This document shows positions 17,748 to 26,836 of a stretch of DNA of 64,000 nucleotides, piece by piece (position 1 is the first letter of the stretch; each line of letters starts with the position of its first letter). The translations under genes and the position numbers were made by a program. The notes beneath the pieces are model-generated. The model saw only the letters and a list, made by a program, of their open reading frames with translations, did no database searches and was not told the origin of the DNA. Origin of the DNA: an uncultured virus (IMG/VR IMGVR_UViG_3300027736_000024) (taxonomy: Duplodnaviria > Heunggongvirae > Uroviricota > Caudoviricetes). Location of the stretch: positions 62,001 to 126,000 of IMG/VR virus record IMGVR_UViG_3300027736_000024. One strand, written 5' to 3'.

Positions 17748-18971
17748 ATGAAAGTTGTAACATTAGGAGATCACTATGTATCCGATTTTATTAAATCAGA
17801 ATCTGATTATCAAGGAAGAAAAAAGTATAGTTTAGATTTAGTATTAAATGAAGAAATAGGTGCGCCGCATCTTACTGAAATACCACCTTCAGAAACAATG
17901 TGGGGACAATATTGGTATCGTTCTGGAATTAATGCTACAATGACTAAAGAACTTGGAAACATTGTTGAAGAAATTAAATCAAGAATTAAATATAAAGAAG
18001 GTGATGTTTGGTTAGATATTGCATGCAATGATGGAACTTTACTTAAACAAGTACCTAATGAGTTTATCAAATTAGGTATAGATCCAGCAGACGATACATT
18101 TGTTGCAGAATCATCTAAAGTAGCTAACTCTATTATACAAGATTACTTTAGTTACGACGCGTATAAAAAAACAGGATGTGGAGATAAAAAAGCAAAAGTA
18201 ATAACTACAATTGCTATGTTCTACGATTTATTAGATCCTAATCCATTTATTAAAGATGTTATTAAAGTATTAGACGATAACGGAATATGGGTATTGCAAT
18301 TGTCTTATACTCCCTTAATGATTAAACAATTAGCGTTTGATAATATTTGTCACGAGCACGCTTACTATCATTCAATGGAATCATTTAAAAAATTATTTCA
18401 ACAACATGATCTAAAAATTGTAGATTGTAGTTTGAATGATGTAAATGGTGGTAGTTTTAGAGTTTATGTCCAAAAGAATATAGCAGATGTAACTTCATTT
18501 GGAACTAGTCCATTAAGAGACGTTTGTAATTTTAGAGTTCAATCACTACTTGATTACGAGAATGCTCATTTTAATATGAACGACATTAAGGTTTGGGAAA
18601 AATTCCAATCTGATATTGAAGAATTAAGAGAAAAAACTGTTGCCTTTATTAAGGAAGAAAAAGCCAAAGGTAAAGTTATTTGCGGATATGGTGCTTCAAC
18701 CAAAGGAAATACTCTATTACAATGGTTTGGTTTAGATCATACTTTGATTGATGCTATTGCTGAACGTTCTCCTTATAAATTCGGTTTAAAAACAATTGGA
18801 ACTAACATTCCTATTATCTCAGAAGAAGAAATGAGAAAATTAAATCCTGATTATATGTTAGTATTACCTTGGCATTTCATAGCTGAATTTATTCAAAGAG
18901 AAGACGAATATCTAAGTAATGGAGGAAAGTTTATTGTACCATGTCCTAAATTTGAAATAATAGGAAAATAA
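17748..18971 (+). CDS. NDP-hexose C-methyltransferase (TylC3/NovU-like)
   Basis: YWYRSG, LDIACNDGTLL, FDNICHEH, NGGS, YGASTKGNTLL, LVLPWHF. Confidence 0.88.
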   Translation: MKVVTLGDHYVSDFIKSESDYQGRKKYSLDLVLNEEIGAPHLTEIPPSETMWGQYWYRSGINATMTKELGNIVEEIKSRIKYKEGDVWLDIACNDGTLLKQVPNEFIKLGIDPADDTFVAESSKVANSIIQDYFSYDAYKKTGCGDKKAKVITTIAMFYDLLDPNPFIKDVIKVLDDNGIWVLQLSYTPLMIKQLAFDNICHEHAYYHSMESFKKLFQQHDLKIVDCSLNDVNGGSFRVYVQKNIADVTSFGTSPLRDVCNFRVQSLLDYENAHFNMNDIKVWEKFQSDIEELREKTVAFIKEEKAKGKVICGYGASTKGNTLLQWFGLDHTLIDAIAERSPYKFGLKTIGTNIPIISEEEMRKLNPDYMLVLPWHFIAEFIQREDEYLSNGGKFIVPCPKFEIIGK

Positions 18972-20500
18972 TGAAGATATATTTTATTAATAGCAAGAAA
19001 AAAAATTGCGGAGTATATCAGTATGGTCTTAGAATATGGGACTCTGTAAAAGATTCTAATTTAGATATTGAATATTTTGAAATAGAAAATATTGAAGAAT
19101 TTAATAAATTAGATTTCAATGGAGTAGATATTATATTTTTTAATTGGATAGAAGGTGGATCTACAGGACCATTTGGATGGTACAATTATGTTGTAGCATT
19201 AGAATTAAAAGCTAAATATAATATAACTACAGTAACAGTAATGCACACTCCTGATTTTAGTAGTACTGTTTTTGACTATTATATAGATCAAAATACTGTT
19301 AATAGTGGTTTTATTAGGCCTCTATATAATTATGATATTTCAAAACCTAAACTTAAAAATGATATTGTTAATATAGGATCTTTTGGATTTGCAGGAGATC
19401 ACAAAGGTTTTGATGATATAGTGGCAATGGTTAATGAACAATACGATCAAGCACAAATTAATTTACATATAACTAATGCACATTACGGTGACGCAGAAGG
19501 TATACATCAACATAGAATAATAGATAAAATACAGGCTATAGAAAGAAAACCTGAAATTAAATTAAATATTACTAGTGAATTTCTTACTAATGAACAAATA
19601 TTAGATTTTGTTTATAAAAATGATATCATCATACTAGGATATAAAGGAACTAGAGATATATCAGGAGTTCCAGACTATGCCATATCTGCAAATACACCAA
19701 TTGGAGTTACTAGCGTAGGAAGTTTTAATCATGTATATAAAGAAGATATAGATATCTCTTTGCATACAATACCAGAAATATTAGAGTATAATCTAAAAAA
19801 CAATTATCCAGAGGTTTTAAGAAAAGAATGGTCTAGAGAAAATATGATTTCTTGTTTTGAAAATCTTATGAAACTAATATATGAAAATATGGAATTAAAA
19901 TCTTATTCTCAAGTTTGTCAAGATCAATTTGCTCTAAAATTAATTGGCAAGAATGGATATTTTTTAGATCTAGGAGCTGGATGGGATCCTTCATTAGTAA
20001 ATAGTAATACTTTACTATTAGAAGAAAATGGTTGGAATGGAGTGTGTATAGAAGGAAATCCACAGTCTGCTGAAAGACGTAGAGAAGCTGCTATAAGAGC
20101 AGAAGTACTTTGCGTATATGTTCCTCAAACAACAATATCAGAAATATTAAAATCTGTAAATGCACCTAAAGTTATAGATTATGTTTCTTTAGATATAGAA
20201 CCTATGACAATAATAGGATTAGAAAATTTTCCTTTTGATGAATATGAATTTAAAGTATTAACTTTTGAACACGATTTTTATGTTCATGGACCTAAACAAA
20301 AAGATGATGCTCATGAAATATTAACTAAACAAGGATACATTAGATTATGTAATAATGTAAATATTCCTGAAGAGGGTGGATTAGGTTTATATTTTGAGGA
20401 TTGGTATATTAATCCAAAATATTTTTCTAAAGAATTCATTGAGCAAAATACATTCAGTGAAATTTTAGGTCCTAGTGTTATAAAAAAATTAAAAAAATGA
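18971..20500 (+). CDS. fusion of GT-B-like domain and FkbM-type methyltransferase
   Basis: N-terminal CGVYQYG, GSFGF..HKGF; C-terminal YSQ..QD, FLDLGA, SNTLLLE..GWNG, IDYVSLDIE, TFEHD. Confidence 0.7.
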   Translation: MKIYFINSKKKNCGVYQYGLRIWDSVKDSNLDIEYFEIENIEEFNKLDFNGVDIIFFNWIEGGSTGPFGWYNYVVALELKAKYNITTVTVMHTPDFSSTVFDYYIDQNTVNSGFIRPLYNYDISKPKLKNDIVNIGSFGFAGDHKGFDDIVAMVNEQYDQAQINLHITNAHYGDAEGIHQHRIIDKIQAIERKPEIKLNITSEFLTNEQILDFVYKNDIIILGYKGTRDISGVPDYAISANTPIGVTSVGSFNHVYKEDIDISLHTIPEILEYNLKNNYPEVLRKEWSRENMISCFENLMKLIYENMELKSYSQVCQDQFALKLIGKNGYFLDLGAGWDPSLVNSNTLLLEENGWNGVCIEGNPQSAERRREAAIRAEVLCVYVPQTTISEILKSVNAPKVIDYVSLDIEPMTIIGLENFPFDEYEFKVLTFEHDFYVHGPKQKDDAHEILTKQGYIRLCNNVNIPEEGGLGLYFEDWYINPKYFSKEFIEQNTFSEILGPSVIKKLKK

Positions 20501-21156
20501 TACATTCAAATTCAGAAGCAGATACTCCTAATTTAGCATTTGATGCATTATACGAAAATTTTTTAAAAAAAATAGATGAAAATATTTCTTCACATGAATT
20601 AGTAGTTGTTGATGTTGGTGCTGGACCTCCTTTTGATTATTCAAATATGAAAATTTTTAGAGAAATGGGAGCTAAAGTAGTTTGTATAGATCCTATGCCT
20701 AGTCATATAAAAATGTTTGAAAGTGTAGGACTCCCTATTTTACAATATGCAGTAATAGAAGACGATTCATTATCAGAAGTTTTATTTAGAGAATTTCCTA
20801 ACTCAGGACATCGTGGATTAGCTGGATCTACAATAGCTTCTGTATCAGATTCACTTAAAGGATGCGAGCCACATTTAGGAGATCCGGTTCATTACATGGT
20901 CCCAGCTAAATCTTTAACCTCTATACTAAAACAACATCACCCAGAAATTACTGACATAGACGTATTAGATATAGATACTGAAGGAAATGAAATTGGGATA
21001 TTAAAAGGATTGGATTTAAATTATTATAAACCAAAAGTATTAATAATTGAAAACATATATGTAGAAACTAGTGGTTATGATGATTATTATAAATCAATAG
21101 GATACACTAAATATGCTAGATGTACACATAATGATATTGTTATAAGAAATATATAA
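20497..21156 (+). CDS. FkbM-family SAM methyltransferase
   Basis: VDVGAG, IDVLDIDTEGNE, PKVLIIE. Confidence 0.85.
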   Translation: MIHSNSEADTPNLAFDALYENFLKKIDENISSHELVVVDVGAGPPFDYSNMKIFREMGAKVVCIDPMPSHIKMFESVGLPILQYAVIEDDSLSEVLFREFPNSGHRGLAGSTIASVSDSLKGCEPHLGDPVHYMVPAKSLTSILKQHHPEITDIDVLDIDTEGNEIGILKGLDLNYYKPKVLIIENIYVETSGYDDYYKSIGYTKYARCTHNDIVIRNI

Positions 21157-21157
21157 T

Positions 21158-21409
21158 ATGGAAACTATAGGTAACTTAATTGATAAATTGACAATTGCTA
21201 ATATTCGTATTTGGATGGCAGAAGATATTAAAAGAGATAAGAATGCCACTGATAAACAAATAGCTGATGCTACTAAAATTACTAATACAGCAAATTCGTA
21301 TAGGACAGATCTAATACAGGAAATAGATGAGACTATAAATGAAATGATTAGCACAGGAAAATTACAAAAATTATATAAACAAGGATCAAGTAAGATGTAT
21401 GGTAAATAA
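21158..21409 (+). CDS. DUF4254-like small helical protein
   Basis: ETIGNLIDKLTI..IRIW..ED ... N..R..LIQEID. Confidence 0.55.
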   Translation: METIGNLIDKLTIANIRIWMAEDIKRDKNATDKQIADATKITNTANSYRTDLIQEIDETINEMISTGKLQKLYKQGSSKMYGK

Positions 21410-22199
21410 TTTTTTAATGGGAGGTAAGTTAGGGGATTTTTTACATGCAATGTTTGCAGTAAAGCATATCTGTAAAGAACAGAATATAAAAGCTAACATC
21501 TATATGTATGATATAGGTTGGGAATTTGGTATAAATAACACCTACTCAGAACTTAAAACTATAATGTTAAATCAAGATTATGTAAATTCATTTAATATAT
21601 TAGAAAATTACGAATTAGATCAAGAACAAACATCAGAAAAAAATAGTCCTATAAAAATATTTAATCCTGTTTTATTATCTGAGGGATATATTGATTTAGG
21701 GTCATATATAAGGTCTCCTTGGTTATATAAAACTTGCTGGTCAGAATTATATAGTAAAACATTTAATTTTTCTATTGGTAAAGATTACTCTTGGATAAAA
21801 TATAATACTATAGATGAAAAATTTATAGGAAAAGTATTAATTCATAGGAGAAATAATCCTATTAGAATGAATAATAATTTTCCATATTTAGAAATATTAG
21901 AAAGATATAAAGACAATATTTTATTTATATCTTCAAGTGATAAAGACTATGAAGTATTTCCATATAAAGAAAATATACCGTTTTTAAAAGTTAATACACT
22001 AGATCAATGGTTTACTGCAATTAATTCATGTTCTTTAATAATATCCAATTTATCTTCCCCAGCAGTTATGGCACATGCAATAGATAAATTAAGAATAATA
22101 GAACTTCCAAATGTTATAGATATAATTCATACTGTTGGAGAAGAGAAATATTCTAAAAATATACACTGGTATTTAGATAATGATCATCATAATTTATAA
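21399..22199 (+). CDS. putative glycosyltransferase (GT9/GT-B-like)
   Basis: GKLGD N-terminal motif; AINSCSLIISNLSSP..AHA C-terminal motif. Confidence 0.55.
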   Translation: MVNNFLMGGKLGDFLHAMFAVKHICKEQNIKANIYMYDIGWEFGINNTYSELKTIMLNQDYVNSFNILENYELDQEQTSEKNSPIKIFNPVLLSEGYIDLGSYIRSPWLYKTCWSELYSKTFNFSIGKDYSWIKYNTIDEKFIGKVLIHRRNNPIRMNNNFPYLEILERYKDNILFISSSDKDYEVFPYKENIPFLKVNTLDQWFTAINSCSLIISNLSSPAVMAHAIDKLRIIELPNVIDIIHTVGEEKYSKNIHWYLDNDHHNL

Positions 22200-22201
22200 A
22201 A

Positions 22202-23044
22202 ATGAAAAAATTTTTAATTAGTACGCATGGATTTAATATGGGAATTGGGGGTTTAAAAGTACTGCATAAACTATGCCATCTCTTAAATGAAAAAGGATAC
22301 GATGCTTATTTAATACCATTAAATTTTAATGAACCTTTTGGCATTTATGAAAATTATAATGTTAAAATGGTTACCCAAGAAGTATTAGACAATTTAGAAA
22401 ATGTAGTTGTCATATATCCTGAGAGTTGGTATGGAAATTATTTAAATGCACCAAATGTTGTTAGGTGGATGATAGGACCTCCTAGCGAAGTCCATATAAA
22501 TACCTGGTCAGATAAAGATTTATGGTTTTGGTATATTCCATATTATATTACAGAAAAATATAATAAAAATAAAAATAATGTATTGTATATAGGAGAACAA
22601 CATAGAGATATATTTTATGATCAAAAATTATATAGATCAGGATCTTGTTGGTCTTTACGTAAAGCACAAAATATAGTAAAGCCAGAAGATTATATACATC
22701 CACAAGATAGTACTTTTATACCGTATAATGCAGCAGGTGATTTAATAGGTCTATCAGATTTATTTAACTCAAAAGATACTTTTTATTGTTATGACAATTA
22801 TACTTATATTAGCATACAGAGTTTAATGTGTAATACAGATACTGTTATAATCCCCTCTAAAAAGACTAAACAAGAATTTCAAAATGGATATGAACTAAAT
22901 AAATATTTAGCTTATGGTATAGATGATTTACCAAGAGCTAAAAGTATTAGAAATGAATTCTTTGATCATTTAAATAGGATAGAAGAAAATACAGAAAAAC
23001 AATTAGATAAGTTTATAGAAATATGTTATGACTACTTTAAATGA
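22202..23044 (+). CDS. WavQ-like polysaccharide biosynthesis protein
   Basis: GGLKVLHKLCHLLN, VIYPE, APNVVRW, FYCYD. Confidence 0.6.
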   Translation: MKKFLISTHGFNMGIGGLKVLHKLCHLLNEKGYDAYLIPLNFNEPFGIYENYNVKMVTQEVLDNLENVVVIYPESWYGNYLNAPNVVRWMIGPPSEVHINTWSDKDLWFWYIPYYITEKYNKNKNNVLYIGEQHRDIFYDQKLYRSGSCWSLRKAQNIVKPEDYIHPQDSTFIPYNAAGDLIGLSDLFNSKDTFYCYDNYTYISIQSLMCNTDTVIIPSKKTKQEFQNGYELNKYLAYGIDDLPRAKSIRNEFFDHLNRIEENTEKQLDKFIEICYDYFK

Positions 23045-24047
23045 TTTTAGTTTTTTAATAGTTACATTAGCAAAAGATGTAGAGAGGCTTCATCTAGCGT
23101 ATGAATCAATAAGATCCGCATATCCAGATAATGAGATCGTTATTGTTTATGATAATATAAATGATATACAACTTAATAAAGAAGATAAAAATCTTATAGA
23201 AATATATACTGATAAGAGAGTCTATGTTAGTGGTGGTTATAATCTAGCGCTTAAACATAGTACTAAAAAATGTTTTGTATTATTCCACGATGATACTTTT
23301 TTAGCTAAAGGGTTTTTAGAAAATATAATACCGTATATATCAGAAAAAACTTTTTGTAATTTTAGTACAGTAGAACCTCCAATATACAATGATCCTAATA
23401 CATTTCAAAAACCAATAAAAGATTTTGGGAGGGATCCAAAGACATTTGATCTCTATAAATTTAATGAGTTTTGTGAAGAGCATATAAAAAAATTACCTGC
23501 CCAAACTGCAGAGTCTCCATTTGGAGGTTTCTTTATGGCCGGATATAAAAGTTCTATGGAAAGTGTTGGAGGTTTTGATGAGTATTTTCAACCTTATTTT
23601 TATGAGGATTCTGATTTAATGATAAGACTTCATGAAGCAGGATATAATTTTATCCACGTATTTGGAAGTCTGGTATATCACATGGGTAGTTTAACTTCTA
23701 GAGCCGGCCAAGAAGGTATAGATGCATCAATAATAACTAGAAATTTATTTATAAAAAAATGGAAAACTCCTTTTGAGTATATTAAACATTATACACTATC
23801 AAATGGAATACCATATAAAAAAATACCTGTACAAATTATATGTGAAAATTGTAAACCTGAATTATCAGAATATATAAGTTTAATAAGTGAATCAGGAAGT
23901 GATATTAAAATATTCTTTGATCAAAATAAATTAACTCAACAAGATTTTGAATATTTGCAAGCACTTCCGTATATATTACAATCTATAGAAGAACCAGGTG
24001 ATTATGAAATTGGATGTTTAAAAGTAAAATATAAAGTAAATGAATAA
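23028..24047 (+). CDS. glycosyltransferase family 2 (paralog of 31282)
   Basis: LFHDD, VEPP..DFG.DP, GGFDE, EDSD, VYH. Confidence 0.8.
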   Translation: MTTLNDFSFLIVTLAKDVERLHLAYESIRSAYPDNEIVIVYDNINDIQLNKEDKNLIEIYTDKRVYVSGGYNLALKHSTKKCFVLFHDDTFLAKGFLENIIPYISEKTFCNFSTVEPPIYNDPNTFQKPIKDFGRDPKTFDLYKFNEFCEEHIKKLPAQTAESPFGGFFMAGYKSSMESVGGFDEYFQPYFYEDSDLMIRLHEAGYNFIHVFGSLVYHMGSLTSRAGQEGIDASIITRNLFIKKWKTPFEYIKHYTLSNGIPYKKIPVQIICENCKPELSEYISLISESGSDIKIFFDQNKLTQQDFEYLQALPYILQSIEEPGDYEIGCLKVKYKVNE

Positions 24048-25008
24048 AATAGTAGTATCTAATTTAATGAGGGCAAAAAATAAACAATCTTTTTTTGCAC
24101 TACATCAACTACAGTCTAAAATAAGAAGCGTCTATCCAGATGTGCAAATAGATTTTCACATTCTGTGGGATAATGAAAACGAATTAAATCTTAAAGATGA
24201 AGAATATTGGAGTAATTTAATTGATAATAAAATAGAAAATTTATATTCCTATAATAAAACTTTCTTTGATAACTATGTAGAAGAATATTATGGTTTAGAC
24301 TATAAAGATAAATTTAAATTATGGAAACCAATATATTTCATATTAATGGCCCACTATTTAAGAAGAGTTAAGTTAGAGCATTACTATTTAATATATGATG
24401 ATGATGTTTTAATTAATGATGATTTTAAACATATAACAGATTTATTAATAGAAAGAATACCTTTCGGTATAACAGAACCTGTAAATCCCGGATGTGATAA
24501 GGTATTATTTAAAAAATTACTAGATTTATATGGAATAGATTTTCAAAACATATACCTTACTAGAAATCCAAAAGCTTTGGGATTTAATGCAGGATTTCAG
24601 GGTATGGATTTAAGTATATATGATAATTTTTTATCTACTGATAGATTTGAATTATTACTAAATATATTTGAATATCAATCAATATATGATGAAAATGGAA
24701 ATGAGATATGGGATAATAGAAGATTTTTTATAGATACCCAACAACAATCTTTTATGGGATTAATGAATACAGCAATATCTAAAAAAGATATTCATATATT
24801 AGATCCTGAAAAATATTTTGTTGTACCTAATTTTGGGCCACATCCAAAATACGGGCAATTAGATCCTGATGACGAACCAGATGGCGGTTGGAGATGGGGA
24901 TTAGATTCTAAAATAACACACTTTATAGGACACACAAGAGGTAAAGGAAAGCCAAAACAATTTTTAGATAGGGTAGATCAATATTTAATAGAGAATAAAT
25001 TTATGTAG
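24040..25008 (+). CDS. putative GT-A glycosyltransferase (GT8-like)
   Basis: YDDD, FNAG, QQS, HFIG. Confidence 0.55.
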   Translation: MNKIVVSNLMRAKNKQSFFALHQLQSKIRSVYPDVQIDFHILWDNENELNLKDEEYWSNLIDNKIENLYSYNKTFFDNYVEEYYGLDYKDKFKLWKPIYFILMAHYLRRVKLEHYYLIYDDDVLINDDFKHITDLLIERIPFGITEPVNPGCDKVLFKKLLDLYGIDFQNIYLTRNPKALGFNAGFQGMDLSIYDNFLSTDRFELLLNIFEYQSIYDENGNEIWDNRRFFIDTQQQSFMGLMNTAISKKDIHILDPEKYFVVPNFGPHPKYGQLDPDDEPDGGWRWGLDSKITHFIGHTRGKGKPKQFLDRVDQYLIENKFM

Positions 25009-25009
25009 T

Positions 25010-25966
25010 ATGAAAAAAGTAGTTTATGTAACAGGTTGTTTAGGTCTTATAGGAAGTCATATAACAAGAGCTTGTTTAAATAAAGGTTGGTATGTTAAAG
25101 GAGTTGATTCAATTACTTATGCCGCAAATGAAGATTTACTCATTGAATTTATTTCTAATCCTAAATTTTCTTTTGTACACGCTGATATAAATGATCTTAA
25201 ATTTTTATATGAATGTGATTACATTATTAATACTGCAGCAGAAACTCATGTAGGTAATTCAATTGCTAATTCAGATAAGTTCATAACTTCCAATATTAAT
25301 GGAGTTCATAATTTGTTAGAGCTATTAAGAAATTATAGACAAGAGACAACTAAAGTTCCTGTATTTTTACATTTTTCTACAGATGAAGTATATGGTGATA
25401 TTGAAGAAGGAGCACACACAGAAAGTGACCTTCTTAAACCATCTAATCCATATTCAGCTACTAAAGCTGCGGCAGATCAATTAATATTAGCTTGGAGCCG
25501 AACATATAAAATTCCTTATGTTATAGTAAGACCAACAAATAATTATGGTGTGGGTCAATATGTAGAAAAACTTATTCCTAAAGCTTGTAAGTACTTAACA
25601 TTAGATAGAAAAATACCTCTTCATAATGGTGGATCACCAGTACGTAATTGGTTACATGCTGGAGATACTGCAGAAGCAATAATTAAAATAATAGAATCTA
25701 AAGTTAAAAATGAAATATTCAATATTGCAGGAGGATATGAGCAAACAAATTTAGATACTATAAAGAAAGTTATTCATAATTATACAGGATTAAGTACATT
25801 TAATGTAGATAATTATATTGATACAGACTATTCTAGACCGGGACAAGACGTGAGGTACGCATTAGATGATAGTAAACTTAGAAATCTTGGATGGAAACCT
25901 GAAAAAAAGTTTGATATAGAAATTCATGAAATAGTTAGATACTATAAATCAAAATTTATATGGTAA
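25010..25966 (+). CDS. rmlB: dTDP-glucose 4,6-dehydratase-like (RmlB family)
   Basis: TGCLGLIGS, TYAAN, AAETHV, STDEVYG, NPYSATKAA, NNYG..Q..EKLIP, RPGQDVRY. Confidence 0.85.
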   Translation: MKKVVYVTGCLGLIGSHITRACLNKGWYVKGVDSITYAANEDLLIEFISNPKFSFVHADINDLKFLYECDYIINTAAETHVGNSIANSDKFITSNINGVHNLLELLRNYRQETTKVPVFLHFSTDEVYGDIEEGAHTESDLLKPSNPYSATKAAADQLILAWSRTYKIPYVIVRPTNNYGVGQYVEKLIPKACKYLTLDRKIPLHNGGSPVRNWLHAGDTAEAIIKIIESKVKNEIFNIAGGYEQTNLDTIKKVIHNYTGLSTFNVDNYIDTDYSRPGQDVRYALDDSKLRNLGWKPEKKFDIEIHEIVRYYKSKFIW

Positions 25967-26796
25967 AAATCAGTAAAGAATTAGCAGAGCAAATGTATCA
26001 ATTTAATGTTGTTCATGGACAATACTTAGTTGGAGAATCAATAAATCATTTAGATGTATTTTCAAAAAGCATAGAAATCTCAGATGATTTACAAATAGTT
26101 TGTGTTACAGAAAAAAACTCTCCTAGTTTTTTAAAAGGAAAAAAAATAATAGGAAGACCAATTTATTGGCAAAGTAATTATGAAACTTATACTAGATGGA
26201 GTACAAAAATTATAGGATTATATGATTATTTTAAAGATAATTATAATACATTACCAAAATATATAATGTATTTAGATTCTTATGATACTATGCTTATTAA
26301 AGATATTTTGAATCCTAAAGAAATGCTAGACTATTATGGATGTAAAGTACTTTTTAATTCTGAAAATAAGTTTTCAGGGCTTGGATATCCAAACCCAGAC
26401 GGATATTCAAACTACTGGCAATCAATGCAACATCATTTTGACTCCTACAAAGAACTAACTGAAAAAAAATATGGAAATCCAGGACCTGAACCAGGTCTTA
26501 ATGCCGGTGTTTTTTTAGGAGAAAAAGAATTTATGATTGAGATGATTACAACTATGTATGAATATCTTATTGGAAGCCCTGCAAATGGATTTCCATATGG
26601 TACAGGTGCAGATCAGGAAGTATTTAAATATTTTCAAATGCAAAATTTTGATAGTGTAGGTTTAGACATATTTAATAAGTATTTTTATTGGGGATGCGCT
26701 GGGTATTTAAATCCTGGTCCTGATGACGATTTTGGAATAGATTATTTTAGAATCAAATATAAAAATCATTACGAATCTAAAATAAATAATAATTAA
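25960..26796 (+). CDS. PLOD/lysyl-hydroxylase-GT-domain-like glycosyltransferase
   Basis: MYLDSYDT, VLFNSE, LNAGVFLG, DQ. Confidence 0.6.
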   Translation: MVKISKELAEQMYQFNVVHGQYLVGESINHLDVFSKSIEISDDLQIVCVTEKNSPSFLKGKKIIGRPIYWQSNYETYTRWSTKIIGLYDYFKDNYNTLPKYIMYLDSYDTMLIKDILNPKEMLDYYGCKVLFNSENKFSGLGYPNPDGYSNYWQSMQHHFDSYKELTEKKYGNPGPEPGLNAGVFLGEKEFMIEMITTMYEYLIGSPANGFPYGTGADQEVFKYFQMQNFDSVGLDIFNKYFYWGCAGYLNPGPDDDFGIDYFRIKYKNHYESKINNN

Positions 26797-26836
26797 TTTA
26801 ATAATAAATAATATTTTATTATTTAAAAAAAAAGTT

